Part shown: piece after piece, positions 57,204 through 64,000 of the stretch
Layout of the letters: each line of letters begins with the position of its first letter
Position numbering within the stretch: the first letter of the stretch is position 1
Virus record (IMG/VR): IMGVR_UViG_3300012036_000007
Location: 570 to 64,569 of that record
Length of the DNA: 64,000 nucleotides
Strand: one strand, 5' to 3'
DNA from: a virus
Lineage: Duplodnaviria; Caudoviricetes
Notes under the pieces: model-generated
Told to the model about the DNA's origin: nothing
The model's input: the letters and a program-made list of their open reading frames with translations, nothing else
Database searches by the model: none
Made by a program: the position numbers and the translations under genes

Positions 57204-57725
57204 ATGTCGTCCGAAAAAGTTCGTAGTGTTGCAGCTGAGTTGATCGGACTGCCTGCATTCCGTGTCCTCTCGCGAAGCCTCAAATTGAATCCGAAGTGGG
57301 TTGCTACACAGCTCCACATGGCGGCTTCCATTCTCTGTCGTGAGACCGAAGGGGTTGATTCTCGCGAATTCAAATCGATCTTGAGTGCTTACGGTGGGTT
57401 GCTTGAACAACAGCGGGTCTGGAACGAAGAATACTGCGTCTACCAGATCAAGCTCGCCAAGGGTTTGGTCGCTGCGTTTGCAGATATCGAAAATGAGGCC
57501 GATGAGTCGGCAGTAGTTGCGGAGGAATCGGCCCCGGTCGCAACCGAGGCACTCGACTTGCCTGAGAGCGTCAAGGGATTGTTGATCGAAGCCGGGTTGG
57601 TTGATTCCGACAAGATCGAGGACAAGATCGAAGCCAAGTCGCTTGGCAAGGAAATCAGTGGCATCGGTCCTTCGACTGTGACCAAGATCCAAGAAGCGAT
57701 CGCTAAGGCCAAGGCAAGCGAGTAA
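57204..57725 (+). CDS. Hypothetical protein with C-terminal helix-hairpin-helix
   Basis: LIEAGL...EISGIGPSTVTKI. Confidence 0.6.
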   Translation: MSSEKVRSVAAELIGLPAFRVLSRSLKLNPKWVATQLHMAASILCRETEGVDSREFKSILSAYGGLLEQQRVWNEEYCVYQIKLAKGLVAAFADIENEADESAVVAEESAPVATEALDLPESVKGLLIEAGLVDSDKIEDKIEAKSLGKEISGIGPSTVTKIQEAIAKAKASE

Positions 57726-57728
57726 ACC

Positions 57729-58541
57729 GTGTCCGGACTGATACCCGTAGCAGTCCATTGTGCGTTGGTCCCCGATGTCACTTTGGGCGAAGAAACGAGA
57801 CGATTCTTGCTGTCTGCCACGCAGGCGATAGTGGAGGGCGTCACCGGTCTAGTATTCGGTTCCGAAGTCCGGAGCGTCACAGTTGATGGTTCGATCTACC
57901 GGATCACCTACGACGGTGGTCTTTACCAGCCGGGCGATTCGATTGCATTGATTGGTGGTGGCCTGAATGCTGAGGTGTTTGAGATCACTGCGGTGGGAAT
58001 GGATGATCTAGACCATTGGCTAGAGATTAGTTCTGACGATGCATTGGCACCGGCACGACTATTCCCGGTAGTTGTTCAGCAAGGGACGCCCAATGGACGG
58101 TTCTTTGATTGCCGTCCATGTCCTGTCTTTCGGGTGATTACCGTTCAGGCCAAGACTCCCGATCAGTTATGGAGTGAAAGCCAGACGATTGAAACGACCG
58201 AATGGGAGCTGACACGCAAGCGGAATCTATCGGTGGGTGTGGAAGTCCAATTGCATGCGATCCCAAAGGCTATGGAGGGCGGTCGGCATCTAATCAAGCG
58301 TCGGTTGTATGAACCGCTCGATTGCTTCCAGGTCACCTACGTAGCGGGCATCTATTCCGTACCACAGGACTTGATGACAGCCGCTATTGAGATCGCATCC
58401 ATGGTCAGAGATGCAAACGAATCCGGTGGGGTCTACGCATCAGAGAGCCTTGATTACTACAGCTACACCCGAATTGGTAAGGATCAACTATCGATGGTCC
58501 CCCATTCTGCGATGGCTGTCTTACGGAGGTACAAGCTGTGA
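57729..58541 (+). CDS. Head-tail adaptor/connector
   Basis: VTYVAG...VPQDL..A.IEI...SESL..YSY. Confidence 0.75.
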   Translation: MSGLIPVAVHCALVPDVTLGEETRRFLLSATQAIVEGVTGLVFGSEVRSVTVDGSIYRITYDGGLYQPGDSIALIGGGLNAEVFEITAVGMDDLDHWLEISSDDALAPARLFPVVVQQGTPNGRFFDCRPCPVFRVITVQAKTPDQLWSESQTIETTEWELTRKRNLSVGVEVQLHAIPKAMEGGRHLIKRRLYEPLDCFQVTYVAGIYSVPQDLMTAAIEIASMVRDANESGGVYASESLDYYSYTRIGKDQLSMVPHSAMAVLRRYKL

Positions 58542-58900
58542 GCATCAATCGCAGGATGCTAGCCAGAAAAGCTGGCATGATTCCAGGAAGGATCGAAGTT
58601 GTGGTCTACGCCTATGCAGGCCGTGATTTGCACACGTCAGGCGTTCCGGTGAAATGTGAGCGTAGACCATCGAATAAGAAGCAGGCACGTGGAGAGGCTG
58701 ACGCAGATGCCTCAGATCATGAGTACGTATTCTTTACCGCTGAGCTAGAGCGAGTTGGGGTTGAGATCAAGAACGAGGCAGTTATCTACGATCGCGAGAT
58801 AAGCCCCGCCTATCACGTCGTGGAATCTACCCGATGTGAGATGCTCAACTCTCGTATCAGAGCCTATTGCAATACCACGGTGGCCCCAGATGTTGCTTGA
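58538..58900 (+). CDS. Putative head-closure protein
   Basis: Position and size (120 aa) after the adaptor. Confidence 0.5.
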   Translation: MSINRRMLARKAGMIPGRIEVVVYAYAGRDLHTSGVPVKCERRPSNKKQARGEADADASDHEYVFFTAELERVGVEIKNEAVIYDREISPAYHVVESTRCEMLNSRIRAYCNTTVAPDVA

Positions 58901-59348
58901 GGACTTCGCTAAGGAACTACTAGAGACGGCAGAACGGGTCGAGTCATCGGACTATCGTGAGCCGCTGAAAATCGCTGGCAAGACATTCGGTGACGAGGTA
59001 GGCAAGAACTTCCTGCGAGAGGAAAGTGAGAGCGGTAGTGCATGGCCGGAGCATTCACCGGTGACGGTTGCGATCTACGGCCCCCACCCGTTGTTGAGAC
59101 TCAGCTATGTGATGATGACTGCCGCAACGGACTACGGGAATCCAGGGGCTAGTATGGTCTTGGAGAACAACCAAATCACGATAGGAATCGACGGGAACGA
59201 GATTCCATACGCTGCGACCCAAAACGATGGCGGTGGAAATATCCCCGCGCGTGAGTTCTTCTACCTGAATGAAGACTCGCAGGGGTTGCTAGGGGCTGAG
59301 TTGGAAATCAATTGCATATCGGTGATCGAAGAAGAGGTGATGCCCTAA
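58890..59348 (+). CDS. Virion morphogenesis / tail completion protein (Mu gpG-like)
   Basis: NF..E...SG.AW...SP.T...PYAA.QN.G..NIPAREF. Confidence 0.8.
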   Translation: MLLEDFAKELLETAERVESSDYREPLKIAGKTFGDEVGKNFLREESESGSAWPEHSPVTVAIYGPHPLLRLSYVMMTAATDYGNPGASMVLENNQITIGIDGNEIPYAATQNDGGGNIPAREFFYLNEDSQGLLGAELEINCISVIEEEVMP

Positions 59349-60073
59349 TGGCTGTAATAAGTGTGTCAGACAATGGTGATGGAACAGGGGCGGTCGTATC
59401 GCTAGCTGCTAACACTGGAGTGGCCAAGATCTACGCGAGTGCGTTTCTAGGTTCGAATGCCAGACGTATGGCGGTGGAGATTGGCGAGATCGATGGCAAT
59501 GGCACGCTAGACTTTGCTGGTGGGTTAGGTCCTCATCTCATTGCTGGGGTGAACGATGCGGGGCTAATCGCGCCCATTCATTGCCGGATCACAGACGTAG
59601 GGGAAGACATTCATTGGCAGTGCCTCAACGGGGTCAGGGAGTTCGTGCTATCGCTTGATCTACCCGGCGTGATGAGTGATCCGGATTCGCATTACGTGGT
59701 GAAGCTGCCATACAACCCCGATGAAGAGTTGGCGATCGACAATGGCGACAGGGAATATGGGGTCTTTTACTTCCCGAAGCCCGAGCAATACACGACCGCG
59801 AACAACATGGAGGAGTCAGCTAGTTACTTCGTCCAGGTGCTTTTGATCCGCAAGGCAGGCAGGAAAAACAGCGATGGTTTGGAGCAATTATTGAGCATCC
59901 GTCAGAAGATGGCTCTGAGTTTTGCCCACTGTCCGCTACCAGATGTCGAGGCCGTGCATTCTGTTTACATCCAACCGGGATCAATCATCCTGCCCGATAG
60001 GTGGCTCAAGTCCTATGACTGTTCAAGCTTGGTCTTCCGGTGTGTATCAGAACAACCCAGCGGCATACTGTAG
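59348..60073 (+). CDS. Putative tail terminator
   Basis: Position immediately before the tail tube gene; TAATG coupling. Confidence 0.45.
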   Translation: MAVISVSDNGDGTGAVVSLAANTGVAKIYASAFLGSNARRMAVEIGEIDGNGTLDFAGGLGPHLIAGVNDAGLIAPIHCRITDVGEDIHWQCLNGVREFVLSLDLPGVMSDPDSHYVVKLPYNPDEELAIDNGDREYGVFYFPKPEQYTTANNMEESASYFVQVLLIRKAGRKNSDGLEQLLSIRQKMALSFAHCPLPDVEAVHSVYIQPGSIILPDRWLKSYDCSSLVFRCVSEQPSGIL

Positions 60074-60084
60074 GTCTAAGATAG

Positions 60085-61020
60085 ATGGCAAACGAAAACT
60101 GCAACGCTAATATCCCACGCGGCCACAAGATTGGGTTCGCACTCTACAACACTGCCAAGGCTTCGGCATTCACGAAGCTCTTTTCAGTCAACAGTTTCGG
60201 ACTGAAGGGCATCACCAACAAAGTCACCGATGACGGCATCAAAGGGACGATCTTTGATGTGAAGGGTGAGGACGTTGTTTCAACCAAGGCCGTCAGCGGG
60301 GCGGTGACCATGAATCCGCGTCCTGAGGATCTCGAGGCGGTATGCCATGCGATCTTTGGCGGGCCGGGATTCACTGCGGGGATCCTGAACCCGGGCGAGA
60401 TGTGCGGTTATCACCATTGGGGCGAGCTAGACCCCAAGCTCGATGTGATCTACCGCTATGACAATTGCGTCACATCCTCTGCGACATGGTCGGCTTCCGA
60501 TAGCTCACCGTTGTTGCTGCTCAATTGGAACGTCGAAGGCCAGACTGAGACGCTGACCACAACCGGTGGTGTTGCTGCCTTCCCCAGTGCGATTGTTGCA
60601 TCATCGGAACAGCCATTTGTGTTCCGGCAAGCGACATTGACGTTCGGGGGGACTGTCACCCGAATGAAATCCTTCAACTACACGGTGAATCACAATCTGG
60701 ATCTATCAGGCTTCTACAACTCGTTGACCCGAGAGGAGATGCCTAGCGGTGGTCAGACCCATGAGCTGAGTGTCGAGCTGCCGTGGGACGTTGCTGCTGA
60801 GGTTGCCAAGATTGGATCGATTCAGACCGTCGCGGCTACGGTTGAATTCGTGGCAGGCACAAGTGAATTCAATTTAACGTTTCCAAATCTGGAATTCGTG
60901 ATCGACAAGCCAGAGTTGTCGGGTCGGTCACGAATCAACAACACCTATTCGTGTATGGCCAAGATGGATCCAGATAACGCCATTCCTTACCCAGTTCAGA
61001 TCGAGGTCGTCAATGCGTAA
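60085..61020 (+). CDS. Major tail tube protein
   Basis: VSGAVTMNPRPE, PFVFRQATL, SFNYTVNHNL; precedes the frameshifting chaperone. Confidence 0.7.
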   Translation: MANENCNANIPRGHKIGFALYNTAKASAFTKLFSVNSFGLKGITNKVTDDGIKGTIFDVKGEDVVSTKAVSGAVTMNPRPEDLEAVCHAIFGGPGFTAGILNPGEMCGYHHWGELDPKLDVIYRYDNCVTSSATWSASDSSPLLLLNWNVEGQTETLTTTGGVAAFPSAIVASSEQPFVFRQATLTFGGTVTRMKSFNYTVNHNLDLSGFYNSLTREEMPSGGQTHELSVELPWDVAAEVAKIGSIQTVAATVEFVAGTSEFNLTFPNLEFVIDKPELSGRSRINNTYSCMAKMDPDNAIPYPVQIEVVNA

Positions 61021-61267
61021 GATCGAAGCCCCAAACGGTGATGCAGCCAATCAACTCCAAGCAGTTGCGGTGGTCAAGGATGCGATGGAGATCCTGAAGC
61101 TTCAAGGCCGTAACTCGCACGTTGAGTTTGAGAACAAAGACGGCGTTTTCTCGATGGTCGTCTTTACCTCGACTGAGTCTATCGAGGTAGATGGTTCGGT
61201 AAGTTCGAACCTGTTGAAAGCCTGTACGGTGAAACCCAAGGCTGAGAATAAAACCAAAGGTAAGTGA
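61013..61267 (+). CDS. Hypothetical protein
   Basis: Coupled ORF in the tail operon. Confidence 0.6.
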   Translation: MRKIEAPNGDAANQLQAVAVVKDAMEILKLQGRNSHVEFENKDGVFSMVVFTSTESIEVDGSVSSNLLKACTVKPKAENKTKGK

Positions 61268-61704
61268 TGACTGTAGAGACGCCAGTAGGCCATACAATCC
61301 CGAGTGACGATGATGGATACACCCTTGAACGGTATATCCCCGGTGAAGAGGGTCTATATCCCGGCATTGAAGTCAGCTTCCGGCCATTGCCACCACGACG
61401 GGTGGCGGAGTATCGGCGACGAACTAAAGACCACGATGAAGTTGAGATGCTTGAGTCTGCTTGTGCGGTTCTGGCCAAGCAGGTGGTGTCTTGGAATGCC
61501 AAAGACCACAAGGGTGGAAAGATGGCAGTCACCTATCAGAATGCGTTGATCCTTCACCAGAGGATTCAGCAAGCACTTTCGTTGATGGTCATATTCGGGA
61601 CCTACGCGGGAGTGGTGAATCCTAAGCGAGCTGATGATCGCGACGACGATGACGGGTTCTTCAACACACCGGTTGAATTCGTTGAGGACTCGCAAAAAAA
61701 CTAG
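61264..61704 (+). CDS. Tail assembly chaperone (gpG-like)
   Basis: VVSWN motif; ends CAA AAA AAC TAG slippery site. Confidence 0.7.
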   Translation: MMTVETPVGHTIPSDDDGYTLERYIPGEEGLYPGIEVSFRPLPPRRVAEYRRRTKDHDEVEMLESACAVLAKQVVSWNAKDHKGGKMAVTYQNALILHQRIQQALSLMVIFGTYAGVVNPKRADDRDDDDGFFNTPVEFVEDSQKN

Positions 61705-62105
61705 CCACGGCGTTGGAGCATCTTGCGGCCTATCCAACGCTTTCTCAGTTGACTTGTGCTGAGTGCCAGAAGCACGTTTACACGATCCCAGACGGTGAGC
61801 CTCAGACGTACGAGGTCGACGGTGAGAATCTACCGATCGTCCGTCAGGTTCCGCCTCCGTGTGATGATTGTCCGCGGAAGGGACCGGAGAACGAGCGGTT
61901 CTATCGACTGACAGAGCGGAACTATGAGGCGTGGCAGATGTACGACCGCATCCAGGCCACACGTGGGGCGTACAAGGTGCCGGAGCATCTAAGCAGCTGT
62001 CCGGTATGGGCCGACAACATGGCCATCATTAAGCGGGCTTTGCAAGCAGGGCAGGCTCTGGCGAAGTCCAACATGTACCGTCGGTCGAAAAACGCGCAAT
62101 CGTGA
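61695..62105 (+). CDS. -1 frameshift extension (gpGT-like), Cys-rich
   Basis: A AAA AAC shifts into AAA CTA GCC ACG GCG TTG, in frame with ORF 61713-62105. Confidence 0.7.
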   Translation, partial: KKLATALEHLAAYPTLSQLTCAECQKHVYTIPDGEPQTYEVDGENLPIVRQVPPPCDDCPRKGPENERFYRLTERNYEAWQMYDRIQATRGAYKVPEHLSSCPVWADNMAIIKRALQAGQALAKSNMYRRSKNAQS

Positions 62106-62122
62106 GCTTGCCTGTGCGTCTA
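62096..62122 (+). promoter_or_regulatory. ECF-type promoter (nucleotide-metabolism operon)
   Basis: GCAATC gtgagcttgcctgt GCGTCTA. Confidence 0.75.
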
Positions 62123-62151
62123 TATGTGTGAACCCAAAAGGATAAGCAGCG

Positions 62152-62397
62152 ATGGACGGACGAATTAGCTTCAACGAAGTGCAACCTAGCGATTCTGTAG
62201 TGATGCACTTTTCGGATGAGCGTGAGTGCATTGGGGCGTTGGTTTGCAGTGATGGCGAGACGTTTCTGATTCGGTATCGACGCAGGTACAAGACCCAGAT
62301 GCTTCGTGCTCTTGGCCGGATGGCTCAAGACGAGAGTTCGTCGTTCGATTGGGACGATGCGGCGATGATGGCAATGGTTATACGAAACGCGGGGTAG
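62152..62397 (+). CDS. Hypothetical protein
   Basis: AAAGGA RBS; downstream of the promoter motif. Confidence 0.65.
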   Translation: MDGRISFNEVQPSDSVVMHFSDERECIGALVCSDGETFLIRYRRRYKTQMLRALGRMAQDESSSFDWDDAAMMAMVIRNAG

Positions 62398-62402
62398 ATG
62401 TG

Positions 62403-63152
62403 ATGTCGACGATGGTATTGGATCACAAATTTGAGCAGCAAGTTGGGGCGGCCCCCTATCGGTTTCTTTTCTGCGAGTCGCTGCCGTCTTCGCAAGTGGC
62501 TGAGAAGAATCCAATGGCCTACGAATCAAGAATGCGGGAGCTTGCTGAGATCGCCCGGTCTAATGGCGTGACATTCGGTGATTGCGATGTTTGTGGGACT
62601 GAGTTGGTACACAACTATGTGTGCGAGAACGCTGACGAGAAGCGTTTTGTTGTCGGATGTGACTGCGTTGGAAAGATTGGTGATCACAAACTTGTTTCAG
62701 CGATTGGGAAGGCTGAGAAGCAACGCAAGCAGGAGTTAGCCCGTGAACGTCGGGAAGCGAAAAGACGTGCCGATAGCGTAGAGCGAGATGCTCGGTTGGA
62801 CCTAGAGCGGAAAGCAAATTTCGAACAGCACGGTCTGTGGATAACCGACTACGAGCTAGGTCGGCACGAGGCAGAGCAAGAACGATTGGTGCTCCGTGAA
62901 GCGATGATGGAACAGAATGGATGGCTGATCGACGTGCTGCAAAATCAGCCCGGTAACTTCTGCGATTCGATGTGTGATCGATTGCTAGAGCGTCCATTTG
63001 GCGAGCATGAGTTTACGGACAAAATGCTTTCGGTCATGCAGGATGTGTATGGAAAAGCTCATGGTCGGCGGGGTAGCAAGGCATACGATTCAGCAATCGA
63101 CGTGTTTGATTCCAAGTTGGACGGTGCTGGGGATTCGAAGCAAAGAAATTAG
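62403..63152 (+). CDS. Zinc-binding hypothetical protein
   Basis: GDCDVCG...F.VGCDCV followed by a coiled coil. Confidence 0.7.
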   Translation: MSTMVLDHKFEQQVGAAPYRFLFCESLPSSQVAEKNPMAYESRMRELAEIARSNGVTFGDCDVCGTELVHNYVCENADEKRFVVGCDCVGKIGDHKLVSAIGKAEKQRKQELARERREAKRRADSVERDARLDLERKANFEQHGLWITDYELGRHEAEQERLVLREAMMEQNGWLIDVLQNQPGNFCDSMCDRLLERPFGEHEFTDKMLSVMQDVYGKAHGRRGSKAYDSAIDVFDSKLDGAGDSKQRN

Positions 63153-63172
63153 TTGTGAAAGCTGAGGTAAGC

Positions 63173-63679
63173 ATGAGGACAGTAAGAATTTTGAGCGGTC
63201 CATCGGGCTGTGGTAAGTCAACGCTTTGCGAGAAGTGGAAGAAGGAAGCGGAGTCAGATAACGTCCGATTCGTTCGTGTTTCGGCAGATGATTACTTCAT
63301 CGATCGAATCACGGGGGAGTACAACTTCGACCCATCCAACCTGCCGATCGCGCACTCATACTGCATGAACAGGTTTCTTTCCATGATGGGAGAAACGAGC
63401 GACTCTGATCGTCTATTGGTGGTTGACAACACCAATATCCACTCATGGGAGAGGCAGAATTACGGAACGGCAGCCTACGTCGCTGGGTGGGCTGTCGAGG
63501 TTCATGCGTTTCGGGCTGAGACTGTTGACCAGATCAAACTGTGCGCGAGTCGAAATCAACACGGAACGCCAGTTAGTGCCATCGCAAAGATGGCTATCGA
63601 ACACGAAATTTTCGATGCATCAAACGTATTTTATCATCAGATCGAAAACGAACCGCGGGTCAAGGAGACAATTCAATGA
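63173..63679 (+). CDS. AAA_33 / N4BP2-like P-loop kinase
   Basis: GPSGCGKST, SADDYF, AH..C, VVDNTN, RNQHG.P. Confidence 0.85.
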   Translation: MRTVRILSGPSGCGKSTLCEKWKKEAESDNVRFVRVSADDYFIDRITGEYNFDPSNLPIAHSYCMNRFLSMMGETSDSDRLLVVDNTNIHSWERQNYGTAAYVAGWAVEVHAFRAETVDQIKLCASRNQHGTPVSAIAKMAIEHEIFDASNVFYHQIENEPRVKETIQ

Positions 63680-64000
63680 GCCAAGTCCCAGACACGTTCG
63701 GGTGTTGCGACAACACGATCAAGGTATCCGCTGGCCATTACGTCGACCTGCTGAATCCGGATCCAGCAACCATCGATATTCGCAGCATCGCAGCTGGTCT
63801 ATCGAAGATATGCAGGTTCGGTGGTCAGTGCCCGAGGTTTTATTCCGTCGCTGAGCATTGCTGCCACGCGTTGGATTTGGCTGTACAAGATGATCTTGAT
63901 TGCTGGGAAACGTATGCGGCCGTGCTGATGCACGATGCGGCTGAGGCTTACCTAGGCGATGTGGTCAAGCCACTCAAGAACAACCTGCCTGCCTATTCGG
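63676..64000 (+). CDS. HD-domain phosphohydrolase (YfbR/YfdR-like), truncated by window
   Basis: Translated by hand: IAAGLSKICRFGGQ...FYSVAEH...LMHDAAEAYLGDVVKPLK. Confidence 0.88.
   Translation, partial: MSQVPDTFGCCDNTIKVSAGHYVDLLNPDPATIDIRSIAAGLSKICRFGGQCPRFYSVAEHCCHALDLAVQDDLDCWETYAAVLMHDAAEAYLGDVVKPLKNNLPAYS

Noticed and set aside
1-64000. Integrase, att sites, reverse transcriptase/DGR or host flanking genes
   Set aside because: None recognised, so prophage versus free phage cannot be decided from this window

Overview
This is a 64-kb internal segment of a large tailed dsDNA phage or prophage (HK97-fold capsid, probably siphovirus-like tail). The host is most likely a planctomycete, judged from Planctomycete-type ECF sigma factors, an SHD1 domain, RimI, CsrA and DnaN. 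Almost all genes are on the + strand. Modules: replication/recombination (ParB-like initiator, DnaC, DnaB, YqaJ, RecT, RecU; 1.4-8.6 kb); a membrane/putative lysis cluster with a papain-like peptidase (10.4-14.6 kb); a cadherin-bearing protein; two methyltransferase+helicase pairs; terminase and a portal fused to HAD and 2H-phosphoesterase domains; DnaN; a displaced tape-measure-like gene; a cargo island (IS608-like TnpB element, MmeI-type RM, Dam-like MTase); head and tail genes with a -1 frameshift chaperone; and nucleotide-metabolism genes. The most notable unannotated signals are four: (1) ten same-strand copies of a bipartite ECF-type promoter GCANTC-N14-GCGTCNA at operon starts, alongside two phage-encoded ECF paralogs; (2) a RHIM/amyloid-like motif shared by the C-terminus of a holin-like protein and the N-terminus of the next protein; (3) the portal-HAD-2H fusion; (4) two structured candidate ncRNAs. 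All family calls come from motif recognition by eye; no database searches were run.
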